DNA from: Macrostomum lignano | Taxonomy: Eukaryota | Reading direction: 5' to 3' | Length of the DNA stretch: 64,000 nt | NCBI GenBank assembly: GCA_002269645.1 | Contig: NIVC01002076.1 | Location: forward strand, 7,847-71,846 | In this document: positions 12,745 through 27,387 of the stretch, one piece after another | How the letters are laid out: each line of letters starts with the position of its first letter | Position numbering within the stretch: the first letter of the stretch is position 1 | Position numbers and translations under genes: made by a program | Notes under the pieces: generated by a model | The model's input: the letters and a program-made list of their open reading frames with translations, nothing else | Told to the model about the DNA's origin: nothing | The model's database searches: none

Positions 12745-13048
12745 GTGGAATGCGCTGTGATTAGCTATAAATGTGTTGGAATGCACTGTGATTTGCTATA
12801 AATGTGTTGGAATGCACTGTGATTGGCTATAAATGTGTTGGAATGCACTTGATTAGCTATAAATGTGTTGGAATGCGCTATGATTTGCTATAAATGTGTT
12901 GGAATGCACTGTGATTTGCTATAAATGTGTTGGAGTGCACTGTGATTAGCTATAAATGTGTTGGAATGCACTGTGATTAGCTATAAATGTATTGGAATTT
13001 GGAATGCACTGTGATTAGCTATAAATGTGTTGGAATGCACTGTGATTG
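12745..13048. repeat. 31-bp minisatellite TGTGATT(A/T/G)GCTATAAATGTGTTGGAATGCAC
   Basis: Period 31, about 9 units. Confidence 0.9.
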
Positions 13049-13516
13049 AAGCTGTAAGTGTGCAGTGACAAGTTTTTGAAAAAGAAAGCTTGTTAGTGGG
13101 GGTAAATATGCTTAGAGGGTGTCTAGTTGTACTGCATTACGCTAGGGTCATTTATCTGGCGTAATAATTTATATGTAGTATTAGTAGAGCTACATCAATG
13201 TAGAGACAAGGACTGCGTTGTGGACCTAATATTTTGTGTATTATGGTAAATAAATATTGGAGGCGAGCCGGCAGCTGGGCGCCTTTTCCTCCCTCCCGTA
13301 TTTTGGGTGTGGCATTTTAGCAAATTAGCTAATAGAATTTCTCTATTAACTTAATGCGGCTTATCTCTGCTTGCGTGCCTGATTTACTTAAATTATCAGT
13401 GTATGTGTTTTATCTGGCACCCACATGTGCGCTCAGCAACAGCTAAACCCACCCCGAACTCGCGCTTTCAACGTGGGGAAAAAGTCAAGAAATGTTTTTT
13501 TTCATTGGGAATTCTA

Positions 13517-14045
13517 CTGGCGCCCCTGGTGCTGGCGCCCCTGATGCTGGCGCCCCTGGTGCTGGCGCCCCTGGTGCTGGCGCCCCTGGTGCTGGCGCCC
13601 CTGGTGCTGGCGCCCCTGGTGCTGGCGCTCCTAGTGCAGAAGCCCCCCTAGGGCTAAAACCCCCGATTCTTGGTGCTAAACCCCTGGTTCAGAAGCCCCT
13701 AGGGCTAAAACCCCCGATTCTTGGTGCTAAACCCCTGGTTCAGAAGCCCCTAGGGCTAAAACCCCCGATTCTTGGTGCTAAACCCCTGGTGCAGAAGCCC
13801 CTAGGGCTAAAACCCCCGATTCTTGGTGCTAAACCCCTGGTGCAGAAGCCCCTAGGGCTAAAACCCCCGATTCTTGGTGCTAAACCCCTGGTTCAGAAGC
13901 CCCTAGGGCTAAAACCCCCGATTCTTGGTGCTAAACCCCTGGTGCAGAAGCCCCTAGGGCTAAAACCCCCGATTCTTGGTGCTTAACCCCTGGTGCAGAG
14001 CCCCTAGGGCTAAAACCCCCGGACCTGGGTGCTAAACCCCTGGTG
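13517..14045. repeat. 15-bp (GCTGGCGCCCCTGGT) array followed by a 51-bp array
   Basis: About 8 x 15 bp, then about 8 x 51 bp (CAGAAGCCCCTAGGGCTAAAACCCCCGATTCTTGGTGCTAAACCCCTGGT(G/T)). Confidence 0.9.
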
Positions 14046-14668
14046 CTAAAGCCCCTATTCGCGGCTTGGCGAGTGTCCCTGGTACCCCTAAGATTTTGCA
14101 TGCTCTTAGTTCCTTCACACGTTAGCGAATCACAAATGACTGAAATTCTGTGCAGTCTGTATTAGGGGCTGTCAGCAGTTTACGGGCTATATTTTTTGCG
14201 TGCTAATGCTGAATCATTATAACACTAAAAGCACTTAGAGTTCGTACTTCCGCGTTTCTGTCAGCTAGAATCAAAAACTATTTTCAAAGAGAACAAGCTT
14301 ACGTAACGATAAACAAGTATTTAGAGACTTGATTTCACAATGAAATGCAAAAAAGTATACATTATCGAGCCAATTGCAAATGGGAGCGAACTTCTCTGGT
14401 TAGCAAAGTCTTCAAGGTGGACAGCTCAAACTAACTTGCAATTGCAATGTGCCAGAAGTCTTATCTGCTTTGAACTCACTATCATTCTCCGCTTCTGGAG
14501 TCTAAAAAGGCACTGTTAAGTGTAAGCGGTGGTCTGAGAATCTTGCCTCTTGAGAAAAACAAACTTATGCTGCAAAATAGTAAGTTTGACCTTTTTAAAA
14601 AACTTGTGAAGCTGCGCACTTAGAAGTACGATGCAGCCTTTTTCGACTAGTGTTTATTTGAATTGCGA

Positions 14669-17600
14669 CTTGGATTGGAAAGATTTAGATTGAGCAGTGG
14701 ATTGGAGATTTGGATTGAGCAGTGGATTGAAGATTTGGATTGAGCAGTGGATTGGAGATTTGGATTGAGCAGTGGATTGGAGATTTAGATTGAGCAGTGG
14801 ATTGGAGAGATTTAGATTAAGCAGTGGATTGGAGAGATTTAGATTAAGCAGTGGATTGGAGAGATTTAGATTAAGCAGTGGATTGGAGAGATTTAGATTA
14901 AGCAGTGGATTGGAGATTTGGATTGAGCAGTGGATTGGAGAGATTTAGATTAAGCAGTGGATTGGAGATTTGGATTGAGCAGTGGATTGGAGAGATTTAG
15001 ATTAAGCAGTGGATTGGAGATTTGGATTGAGCAATGGATTGGAGAGATTTAGATTAAGCAGTGGATTGGAGAGATTTAGATTAAGCAGTGGATTGGAGAG
15101 ATTTAGATTAAGCAGTGGATTGGAGATTTGGATTGAGCAGTGGATTGGAGAGATTTAGATTAAGCAGTGGATTGGAGATTTGGATTGAGCAGTGGATTGG
15201 AGAGATTTAGATTAAGCAGTGGATTGGAGATTTGGATTGAGCAATGGATTGGAGAGATTTAGATTAAGCAGTGGATTGGAGAGATTTAGATTAAGCAGTG
15301 GATTGGAGATTTGGATTGAGCAGTGGATTGGAGAGATTTAGATTAAGCAGTGGATTGGAGAGATTTAGATTAAGCAGTGGATTGGAGATTTGGATTGAGT
15401 AGTGAATTGGAGATTTGGATTGAGCAGTGGATTGGAGATTTGCATTGAGCAGTGGATTGGAGATTTAGATTGAGCAGTGGATTGGAGATTTGCATTGAGC
15501 AGTGAATTGGAGATTTGGATTGAGCAGTGGATTGGAGAGATTTGGATTGAGCAGTGGATTGGAGATTTGGATTGAGCAGTGGATTGGAGATTTGCATTGA
15601 GCAGTGAATTGGAGAGATTTAGATTGAGCAGTGGATTGGAGATTTAGATTGAGCAGTGGATTGGAGATTTAGATTGAGCAGTGGATTGGAGATTTGGATT
15701 GAGCAGTGGATTGGAGATTTGGATTGAGCAGTGGATTGGAGATTTGGATTGAGCAGTGGATTGGAGAGATTTGGATTGAGCAGTGGATTGGAGATTTGGA
15801 TTGAGCAGTGGATTGGAGATTTGGATTGAGCAGTGGATTGGAGATTTGGATTGAGCAGTGGATTGGAGAGATTTGGATTGAGCAGTGGATTGGAGATTTG
15901 GATTGAGCAGTGAATTGGAGATTTGGATTGAGCAGTGGATTGGAGATTTGGATTGAGCAGTGGATTGAAGATTTGGATTGAGCAGTGGATTGGAGATTTA
16001 GATTGAGCAGTGGATTGGAGAGATTTAGATTAAGCAGTGGATTGGAGAGATTTAGATTAAGCAGTGGATTGGAGATTTGGATTGAGCAGTGGATTGGAGA
16101 GATTTAGATTAAGCAGTGGATTGGAGATTTGGATTGAGCAGTGGATTGGAGAGATTTAGATTAAGCAGTGGATTGGAGATTTGGATTGAGCAGTGGATTG
16201 GAGAGATTTAGATTAAGCAGTGGATTGGAGATTTGGATTGAGCAGTGAATTGGAGATTTGGATTGAGCAGTGGATTGAGATTTGGATTGAGCAGTGGATT
16301 GGAGATTTAGATTGAGCAGTGGATTGGAGAGATTTAGATTAAGCAGTGGATTGGAGAGATTTAGATTAAGCAGTGGATTGGAGATTTGGATTGAGCAGTG
16401 GATTGGAGAGATTTAGATTAAGCAGTGGATTGGAGATTTGGATTGAGCAGTGGATTGGAGAGATTTAGATTAAGCAGTGGATTGGAGAGATTTAGATTAA
16501 GCAGTGGATTGGAGATTTAGATTAAGCAGTGGATTGGAGATTTAGATTGAGCAGTGGATTGGAGATTTGGATTGAGCAGTGGATTGGAGATTTAGATTGA
16601 GCAGTGGATTGGAGATTTAGATTGAGCAGTGGATTGGAGATTTGATTGAGCAGTGAATTGGAGATTTGGATTGAGCAGTGGATTGGAGATTTGGATTGAG
16701 CAGTGGATTGGAGATTTGGATTGAGCAGTGGATTGGAGATTTGCATTGAGCAGTGAATTGGAGATTTGGATTGAGCAGTGGATTGGAGATTTGGATTGAG
16801 CAGTGGATTGGAGATTTGGATTGAGCAGTGGATTGGAGATTTAGATTGAGCAGTGGATTGGAGAGATTTAGATTAAGCAGTGGATTGGAGAGATTTAGAT
16901 TAAGCAGTGGATTGGAGATTTAGATTGAGCAGTGGATTGGAGAGATTTAGATTAAGCAGTGGATTGGAGAGATTTAGATTAAGCAGTGGATTGGAGATTT
17001 GGATTGAGCAGTGGATTGGAGAGATTTCGATTAAGCAGTGGATTGGAGAGATTTAGATTAAGCAGTGGATTGGAGATTTAGATTGAGCAGTGGATTGGAG
17101 ATTTAGATTGAGCAGTGGATTGGAGATTTAGATTAAGCAGTGGATTGGAGATTTGGATTGAGCAGTGGATTGGAGATTTGGATTGAGCAGTGGATTGGAG
17201 ATTTAGATTGAGCAGTGGATTGGAGATTTAGATTGAGCAGTGGATTGGAGATTTGCATTGAGCAGTGATTGGAGATTTGGATTGAGCAGTGGATTGGAGA
17301 TTTAGATTGAGCAGTGGATTGGAGATTTAGATTGAGCAGTGGATTGGAGATTTAGATTAAGCAGTGGATTGGAGATTTGGATTGAGCAGTGGATTGGAGA
17401 TTTAGATTGAGCAGTGGATTGGAGATTTGGATTGAGCAGTGGATTGGAGACTTGGATTGAGCAGTGGATTGGAGATTTGCATTGAGCAGTGAATTGGAGA
17501 TTTGGATTGAGCAGTGGATTGGAGATTTAGATTAAGCAGTGGATTGGAGATTTGGATTGAGCAGTGGATTGGAGATTTGGATTGAGCAGTGGATTGGAGA

Positions 17601-20600
17601 TTTAGATTGAGCAGTGGATTGGAGATTTAGATTGAGCAGTGGATTGGAGATTTGCATTGAGCAGTGAATTGGAGATTTGGATTGAGCAGAGGTTTGGAGA
17701 TTTAGATTGAGCAGTGGATTGGAGATTTAGATTGAGCAGTGGATTGGAGATTTAGATTAAGCAGTGGATTGGAGATTTGGATTGAGCAGTGGATTGGAGA
17801 TTTAGATTGAGCAGTGGATTGGAGATTTGGATTGAGCAGTGGATTGGAGATTTGGATTGAGCAGTGGATTGGAGATTTGCATTGAGCAGTGAATTGGAGA
17901 TTTGGATTGAGCAGTGGATTGGAGATTTAGATTGAGCAGTGGATTGAGAGATTTAGATTAAGCAGTGGATTGGAGAGATTTAGATTAAGCAGTGGATTGG
18001 AGATTTGGATTGAGCAGTGGATTGGAGAGATTTAGATTAAGCAGTGGATTGGAGAGATTTAGATTAAGCAGTGAATTGGAGATTTGGATTGAGCAGTGGA
18101 TTGGAGAGATTTAGATTAAGCAGTGGATTGGAGATTTAGATTGAGCAGTGGATTGGAGATTTAGATTAAGCAGTGGATTGGAGATTTGGATTGAGCAGTG
18201 GATTGGAGATTTAGATTGAGCAGTGGATTGGAGATTTAGATTGAGCAGTGGATTGGAGATTTGGATTGAGCAGTGGATTGGAGATTTGGATTGAGCAGTG
18301 GATTGGAGATTTGGATTGAGCAGTGGATTGGAGAGATTTGGATTGAGCAGTGGATTGGAGATTTGGATTGAGCAGTGGATTGGAGATTTGGATTGAGCAG
18401 TGGATTGGAGATTTGGATTGAGCAGTGGATTGGAGAGATTTGGATTGAGCAGTGGATTGGAGATTTGGATTGAGCAGTGATTGGAGATTTGGATTGAGCA
18501 GTGGATTGGAGATTTGGATTGAGCAGTGGATTGAAGATTTGGATTGAGCAGTGGATTGGAGATTTAGATTGAGCAGTGGATTGGAGAGATTTAGATTAAG
18601 CAGTGGATTGGAGAGATTTAGATTAAGCAGTGGATTGGAGATTTGGATTGAGCAGTGGATTGGAGAGATTTAGATTAAGCAGTGGATTGGAGATTTGGAT
18701 TGAGCAGTGGATTGGAGAGATTTAGATTAAGCAGTGGATTGGAGATTTGGATTGAGCAGTGGATTGGAGAGATTTAGATTAAGCAGTGGATTGGAGATTT
18801 GGATTGAGCAGTGAATTGGAGATTTGGATTGAGCAGTGGATTGGAGATTTGGATTGAGCAGTGGATTGAAGATTTGGATTGAGCAGTGGATTGGAGATTT
18901 AGATTGAGCAGTGGATTGGAGAGATTTAGATTAAGCAGTGGATTGGAGAGATTTAGATTAAGCAGTGGATTGGAGATTTGGATTGAGCAGTGGATTGGAG
19001 AGATTTAGATTAAGCAGTGGATTGGAGATTTGGATTGAGCAGTGGATTGGAGAGATTTAGATTAAGCAGTGGATTGGAGATTTAGATTGAGCAGTGGATT
19101 GGAGATTTAGATTAAGCAGTGGATTGGAGATTTGGATTGAGCAGTGGATTGGAGATTTGGATTGAGCAGTGGATTGGAGATTTAGATTGAGCAGTGGATT
19201 GGAGATTTAGATTGAGCAGTGGATTGGAGATTTGATTGAGCAGTGATTGGAGATTTGGATTGAGCAGTGGATTGGAGATTTGGATTGAGCAGTGGATTGG
19301 AGATTTGGATTGAGCAGTGGATTGGAGATTTGATTGAGCAGTGGATTGGAGATTTGGATTGAGCAGTGGATTGGAGATTTAGATTGAGCAGTGGATTGGA
19401 GATTTGGATTGAGCAGTGGATTGGAGATTTAGATTGAGCAGTGGATTGGAGATTTAGATTAAGCAGTGGATTGGAGAGATTTAGATTAAGCAGTGGATTG
19501 GAGATTTAGATTGAGCAGTGGATTGAGAGATTTAGATTAAGCAGTGGATTGGAGAGATTTAGATTAAGCAGTGGATTGGAGATTTAGATTGAGCAGTGGA
19601 TTGGAGATTTAGATTGAGCAGTGGATTGGAGAGATTTAGATTAAGCAGTGGATTGGAGATTTAGATTGAGCAGTGGATTGGAGATTTAGATTGAGCAGTG
19701 GATTGGAGATTTAGATTGAGCAGTGGATTGGAGATTTGGATTGAGCAGTGGATTGGAGATTTAGATTGAGCAGTGGATTGGAGATTTAGATTGAGCAGTG
19801 GATTGGAGATTTAGATTGAGCAGTGGATTGGAGATTTGATTGAGCAGTGGATTGGAGATTTGGATTGAGCAGTGGATTGGAGATTTAGATTGAGCAGTGG
19901 ATTGGAGATTTAGATTGAGCAGTGGATTGGAGATTTAGATTGAGCAGTGGATTGGAGATTTGGATTGAGCAGTGGATTGGAGATTTAGATTGAGCAGTGG
20001 ATTGGAGATTTGATTGAGCAGTGGATTGGAGATTTGGATTGAGCAGTGGATTGGAGATTTGATTGAGCAGTGGATTGGAGATTTGGATTGAGCAGTGGAT
20101 TGGAGATTTAGATTGAGCAGTGGATTGGAGATTTGGATTGAGCAGTGGATTGGAGATTTAGATTGAGCAGTGGATTGGAGATTTAGATTGAGCAGTGGAT
20201 TGGAGATTTAGATTGAGCAGTGGATTGGAGATTTGATTGAGCAGTGGATTGGAGATTTAGATTGAGCAGTGGATTGGAGATTTAGATTGAGCAGTGGATT
20301 GGAGATTTAGATTGAGCAGTGGATTGGAGATTTAGATTGAGCAGTGGATTGGAGATTTGGATTGAGCAGTGGATTGGAGATTTAGATTGAGCAGTGGATT
20401 GGAGATTTGATTGAGCAGTGGATTGGAGATTTGGATTGAGCAGTGGATTGGAGATTTAGATTGAGCAGTGGATTGGAGATTTAGATTGAGCAGTGGATTG
20501 GAGATTTAGATTGAGCAGTGGATTGGAGATTTAGATTGAGCAGTGGATTGGAGAGATTTAGATTAAGCAGTGGATTGGAGATTTAGATTGAGCAGTGGAT

Positions 20601-23600
20601 TGGAGATTTGGATTGAGCAGTGGATTGGAGAGATTTAGATTAAGCAGTGGATTGGAGATTTAGATTGAGCAGTGGATTGGAGATTTAGATTAAGCAGTGG
20701 ATTGGAGATTTGGATTGAGCAGTGGATTGGAGATTTAGATTGAGCAGTGGATTGGAGATTTAGATTGAGCAGTGGATTGGAGATTTGATTGAGCAGTGGA
20801 TTGGAGATTTGGATTGAGCAGTGGATTGGAGATTTAGATTGAGCAGTGGATTGGAGATTTAGATTGAGCAGTGGATTGGAGATTTAGATTGAGCAGTGGA
20901 TTGGAGATTTAGATTGAGCAGTGGATTGAGAGATTTGGATTGAGCAGTGGATTGGAGATTTGGATTGAGCAGTGGATTGGAGATTTGATTGAGCAGTGGA
21001 TTGGAGATTTGGATTGAGCAGTGGATTGGAGATTTGCATTGAGCAGTGGATTGGAGATTTGGATTGAGCAGTGGATTGGAGATTTGATTGAGCAGTGGAT
21101 TGGAGATTTGATTGAGCAGTGGATTGGAGAGATTTGGATTGAGCAGTGGATTGGAGATTTGCATTGAGCAGTGGATTGGAGATTTGATTGAGCAGTGGAT
21201 TGGAGATTTGGATTGAGCAGTGGATTGGAGATTTGATTGAGCAGTGGATTGGAGATTTAGATTGAGCAGTGGATTGGAGATTTAGATTAAGCAGTGGATT
21301 GGAGATTTGGATTGAGCAGTGGATTGGAGAGATTTAGATTAAGCAGTGGATTGGAGATTTGGATTGAGCAGTGGATTGGAGAGATTTAGATTAAGCAGTG
21401 GATTGGAGATTTGGATTGAGCAGTGGATTGGAGAGATTTAGATTAAGCAGTGGATTGGAGAGATTTAGATTAAGCAGTGGATTGGAGATTTAGATTGAGC
21501 AGTGGATTGGAGAGATTTAGATTAAGCAGTGGATTGGAGATTTAGATTAAGCAGTGGATTGGAGATTTAGATTAAGCAGTGGATTGGAGATTTGGATTGA
21601 GCAGTGGATTGGAGATTTAGATTGAGCAGTGGATTGGAGATTTAGATTGAGCAGTGGATTGGAGATTTGCATTGAGCAGTGAATTGGAGATTTGGATTGA
21701 GCAGTGGATTGGAGATTTAGATTAAGCAGTGGATTGGAGATTTGGATTGAGCAGTGGATTGGAGATTTAGATTGAGCAGTGGATTGGAGATTTAGATTGA
21801 GCAGTGGATTGGAGATTTGATTGAGCAGTGGATTGGAGATTTGGATTGAGCAGTGGATTGGAGATTTAGATTGAGCAGTGGATTGGAGATTTAGATTGAG
21901 CAGTGGATTGGAGATTTAGATTAAGCAGTGGATTGGAGATTTGGATTGAGCAGTGGATTGGAGATTTAGATTGAGCAGTGGATTGGAGATTTGGATTGAG
22001 CAGTGGATTGGAGAGATTTAGATTAAGCAGTGGATTGGAGATTTGGATTGAGCAGTGGATTGGAGAGATTTAGATTAAGCAGTGGATTGGAGAGATTTAG
22101 ATTAAGCAGTGAATTGGAGATTTGGATTGAGCAGTGGATTGGAGAGATTTAGATTAAGCAGTGGATTGGAGATTTAGATTGAGCAGTGGATTGGAGAGAT
22201 TTGGATTGAGCAGTGGATTGGAGATTTGGATTGAGCAGTGGATTGGAGATTTAGATTGAGCAGTGGATTGGAGATTTAGATTGAGCAGTGGATTGGAGAT
22301 TTGATTGAGCAGTGATTGGAGATTTGGATTGAGCAGTGGATTGGAGATTTAGATTGAGCAGTGGATTGGAGAGATTTAGATTAAGCAGTGGATTGGAGAG
22401 ATTTAGATTAAGCAGTGGATTGGAGATTTGGATTGAGCAGTGAATTGGAGAGACTTGGATTGAGCAGTGGATTGGAGAGACTTGGATTGAGCAGTGGATT
22501 GGAGATTTGCATTGAGCAGTGGATTGGAGATTTGGATTGAGCAGTGGATTGGAGATTTGCATTGAGCAGTGGATTGGAGATTTGGATTGAGCAGTGGATT
22601 GGAGAGATTTGGATTGAGCAGTGGATTGGAGATTTGGATTGAGCAGTGGATTGCAGAGACTTGGATTGAGCAGTGGATTGGAGATTTGCATTGAGCAGTG
22701 AATTGGAGATTTGCATTGAGCAGTGAATTGGAGATTTGGATTGAGCAGTGGATTGGAGATTTAGATTGAGCAGTGGATTGGAGAGATTTAGATTAAGCAG
22801 TGGATTGGAGAGATTTAGATTAAGCAGTGGATTGGAGATTTGGATTGAGCAGTGGATTGGAGAGATTTAGATTAAGCAGTGGATTGGAGATTTGGATTGA
22901 GCAGTGGATTGGAGAGATTTAGATTAAGCAGTGGATTGGAGATTTGGATTGAGCAGTGGATTGGAGAGATTTAGATTAAGCAGTGGATTGGAGAGATTTA
23001 GATTAAGCAGTGGATTGGAGATTTGGATTGAGCAGTGGATTGGAGAGATTTAGATTAAGCAGTGGATTGGAGAGATTTAGATTAAGCAGTGGATTGGAGA
23101 TTTGGATTGAGTAGTGAATTGGAGATTTGGATTGAGCAGTGGATTGGAGATTTGCATTGAGCAGTGGATTGGAGATTTAGATTGAGCAGTGGATTGGAGA
23201 TTTGCATTGAGCAGTGAATTGGAGATTTGGATTGAGCAGTGGATTGGAGAGATTTGGATTGAGCAGTGGATTGGAGATTTGGATTGAGCAGTGGATTGGA
23301 GATTTGCATTGAGCAGTGAATTGGAGAGATTTAGATTGAGCAGTGGATTGGAGATTTGGATTGAGCAGTGGATTGGAGATTTGGATTGAGCAGTGGATTG
23401 GAGATTTGGATTGAGCAGTGGATTGGAGAGATTTGGATTGAGCAGTGGATTGGAGATTTGGATTGAGCAGTGGATTGGAGATTTGGATTGAGCAGTGGAT
23501 TGGAGATTTGGATTGAGCAGTGGATTGGAGAGATTTGGATTGAGCAGTGGATTGGAGATTTGGATTGAGCAGTGAATTGGAGATTTGGATTGAGCAGTGG

Positions 23601-26600
23601 ATTGGAGATTTGGATTGAGCAGTGGATTGAAGATTTGGATTGAGCAGTGGATTGGAGATTTAGATTGAGCAGTGGATTGGAGAGATTTAGATTAAGCAGT
23701 GGATTGGAGAGATTTAGATTAAGCAGTGGATTGGAGATTTGGATTGAGCAGTGGATTGGAGAGATTTAGATTAAGCAGTGGATTGGAGAGATTTAGATTA
23801 AGCAGTGGATTGGAGATTTGGATTGAGCAGTGGATTGGAGAGATTTAGATTAAGCAGTGGATTGGAGAGATTTAGATTAAGCAGTGGATTGGAGATTTAG
23901 ATTAAGCAGTGGATTGGAGATTTGGATTGAGCAGTGAATTGGAGATTTGGATTGAGCAGTGGATTGGAGATTTAGATTGAGCAGTGGATTGGAGATTTAG
24001 ATTGAGCAGTGGATTGGAGATTTGCATTGAGCAGTGAATTGGAGATTTGGATTGAGCAGTGGATTGGAGATTTGGATTGAGCAGTGGATTGAAGATTTGG
24101 ATTGAGCAGTGGATTGGAGATTTGCATTGAGCAGTGAATTGGAGATTTGGATTGAGCAGTGGATTGGAGATTTGGATTGAGCAGTGGATTGGAGATTTGA
24201 ATTGAGCAGTGGATTGGAGATTTAGATTGAGCAGTGGATTGGAGAGATTTAGATTAAGCAGTGGATTGGAGAGATTTAGATTAAGCAGTGGATTGGAGAT
24301 TTAGATTGAGCAGTGGATTGGAAAGATTTAGATTAAGCAGTGGATTGGAGAGATTTAGATTAAGCAGTGGATTGGAGATTTGGATTGAGCAGTGGATTGG
24401 AGAGATTTAGATTAAGCAGTGGATTGGAGAGATTTAGATTAAGCAGTGGATTGGAGATTTAGATTGAGCAGTGGATTGGAGATTTAGATTGAGCAGTGGA
24501 TTGGAGATTTAGATTAAGCAGTGGATTGGAGATTTAGATTGAGCAGTGGATTGGAGATTTAGATTGAGCAGTGGATTGGAGATTTAGATTGAGCAGTGGA
24601 TTGGAGATTTGCATTGAGCAGTGGATTGGAGATTTGGATTGAGCAGTGGATTGGAGATTTAGATTGAGCAGTGGATTGGAGATTTAGATTGAGCAGTGGA
24701 TTGGAGATTTAGATTGAGCAGTGGATTGGAGATTTAGATTGAGCAGTGGATTGGAGATTTGCATTGAGCAGTGAATTGGAGATTTGGATTGAGCAGTGGA
24801 TTGGAGATTTAGATTGAGCAGTGGATTGGAGATTTAGATTGAGCAGTGGATTGGAGATTTAGATTAAGCAGTGGATTGGAGATTTGGATTGAGCAGTGGA
24901 TTGGAGATTTAGATTGAGCAGTGGATTGGAGATTTGGATTGAGCAGTGGATTGGAGACTTGGATTGAGCAGTGGATTGGAGATTTGCATTGAGCAGTGAA
25001 TTGGAGATTTGGATTGAGCAGTGGATTGGAGATTTAGATTGAGCAGTGGATTGGAGAGATTTAGATTAAGCAGTGGATTGGAGAGATTTAGATTAAGCAG
25101 TGGATTGGAGATTTGGATTGAGCAGTGGATTGGAGAGATTTAGATTAAGCAGTGGATTGGAGAGATTTAGATTAAGCAGTGGATTGGAGATTTGGATTGA
25201 GCAATGGATTGGAGAGATTTAGATTAAGCAGTGGATTGGAGAGATTTAGATTAAGCAGTGGATTGGAGATTTGGATTGAGCAGTGGATTGGAGAGATTTA
25301 GATTAAGCAGTGGATTGGAGAGATTTAGATTAAGCAGTGGATTGGAGATTTGGATTGAGTAGTGGATTGGAGATTTGCATTGAGCAGTGAATTGGAGATT
25401 TGGATTGAGCAGTGGATTGGAGATTTAGATTGAGCAGTGGATTGGAGAGATTTAGATTAAGCAGTGGATTGGAGAGATTTAGATTGAGCAGTGGATTGGA
25501 GATTTGCATTGAGCAGTGGATTGGAGATTTGGATTGAGCAGTGGATTGGAGATTTGCATTGAGCAGTGGATTGGAGATTTGGATTGAGCAGTGGATTGGA
25601 GAGATTTGGATTGAGCAGTGGATTGGAGAGACTTGGATTGAGCAGTGGATTGGAGATTTGCATTGAGCAGTGAATTGGAGATTTGCATTGAGCAGTGGAT
25701 TGGAGATTTGGATTGAGCAGTGGATTGGAGAGATTTGGATTGAGCAGTGGATTGGAGATTTGGATTGAGCAGTGGATTGGAGAGACTTGGATTGAGCAGT
25801 GGATTGGAGATTTAGATTGAGCAGTGGATTGGAGATTTGGATTGAGCAGTGAATTGGAGAGACTTGGATTGAGCAGTGGATTGGAGATTTGCATTGAGCA
25901 GTGGATTGGAGATTTGCATTGAGCAGTGAATTGGAGAGACTTGGATTGAGCAGTGGATTGGAGATTTGCATTGAGCAGTGAATTGGAGAGACTTGGATTG
26001 AGCAGTGGATTGGAGATTTGCATTGAGCAGTGGATTGGAGATTTGAATTGAGCAGTGGATTGGAGAGACTTGGATTGAGCAGTGGATTGGAGATTTGCAT
26101 TGAGCAGTGGATTGGAGAGATTTGGATTGAGCAGTGGATTGGAGATTTGCATTGAGCAGTGGATTGGAGAGATTTGGATTGAGCAGTGGATTGGAGAGAT
26201 TTGGATTGAGCAGTGGATTGGAGATTTGCATTGAGCAGTTGATTGGAGAGACTTGGATTGAGCAGTGGATTGGAGAGACTTGGATTGAGCAGTGGATTGG
26301 AGAGATTTGGATTGAGCAGTGGATTGGAGATTTGCATTGAGCAGTGAATTGGAGAGACTTGCATTGAGCAGTGGATTGGAGATTTGAATTGAGCAATGGA
26401 TTGGAGAGACTTGGATTGAGCAGTGGATTGGAGAGACTTGGATTGATCAGTGGATTGGAGATTTGCATTGAGCAGTGGATTGGAGATTTGCATTGAGCAG
26501 TGAATTGGAGAGACTTGGATTGAGCAGTGGATTGGAGATTTGCATTGAGCAGTGGATTGGAGAGACTTGGATTGAGCAGTGGATTGGAGAGATTTGCATT

Positions 26601-26838
26601 GAGCAGTGGATTTGAGATTTAGATTGAGCAGTGGATTGGAGATTTGGATTGAGCAGTGGATTGGAGAGACTTGGATTGAGCAGTGGATTGGAGATTTGCA
26701 TTGAGCAGTGGATTAGAGATTTGCATTGAGCAGTGGATTGGAGAGACTTGGATTGAGCAGTGGATTGGAGATTTGCATTGAGCAGTGGATTGGAGATTTG
26801 CATTGAGCAGTGGATTGGAGAGACTTGGATTGAGCAGT
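14669..26838. repeat. ~12.2-kb satellite with a 25-bp unit (ATTGGAGATTTGGATTGAGCAGTGG; 24-27-bp variants) inside PICALM intron 3
   Basis: Continuous array of roughly 480 units, ending 65 nt before the exon 4 acceptor. Confidence 0.98.
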
Positions 26839-26903
26839 CCCACTTGAATCATCAATGCCGCTTGCATGAGCCTGACTGGCCCACCCCGTCAACCTTCACC
26901 CAG

Positions 26904-27285
26904 GTCGCTGAATACATCGGCATTGAACGACCCGACGTTACTCGTTTAGAGAAGCACCCAGCCTCCTTCCTGGAGGCCATGGAGTCGCACCTGGCTCACC
27001 TGGAAGGCCGCTCCAGGCCGGCGGTCAGCAGTCAGCAGCAGAAGGTCTCGGCGGCTTCGGGCATGCCTCGGTCTGCAAGCTCTAGCGGCGGTCTGGGCGC
27101 CCCGTCGTCATCTGCTGCCGCGCCTAAGCTTAGCCAGGTGCTACTAGAAGAGCAGCAGCAGCTGGATAGACTCAAGGCTGAGCAGATGCAGCGCCAGACG
27201 GCAGCCAATGCAGCTGCTAAGCCTGCTCAGGCGCCGGCTTCAGTAGACGATTTCTTCCTAATTGGCAGCGGTGCATCAACAGCAG
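26904..27285 (+). CDS. PICALM: PICALM/AP180 exon 4
   Basis: CCCAG| then VAEYIGIERPD..PASFLEAMESHLAHLEG (end of ANTH). The 3' donor AG|GTTGTT is weak. Confidence 0.85.
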
Positions 27286-27387
27286 GTTGTTATTCTTTCT
27301 GTACTGATTCTACTACTGTCCAGTTGCTTATCAGTAGTAAAATGAGAATAGTGAGTACTATTTTCTCCCATCCCGTGACCAATTTAG

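Noticed and set aside
14669-26838. CRISPR-like appearance of the 25-bp and 30-bp arrays
   Set aside because: Units are directly adjacent with no unique spacers, no cas genes are present, and the context is eukaryotic.
15370-26867. Minus-strand MQISNPLLN ORFs and other ORFs in intronic minisatellites (13492, 31158, 35592, 36972, 44772 etc.)
   Set aside because: They are translations of tandem repeats within introns or intergenic DNA.
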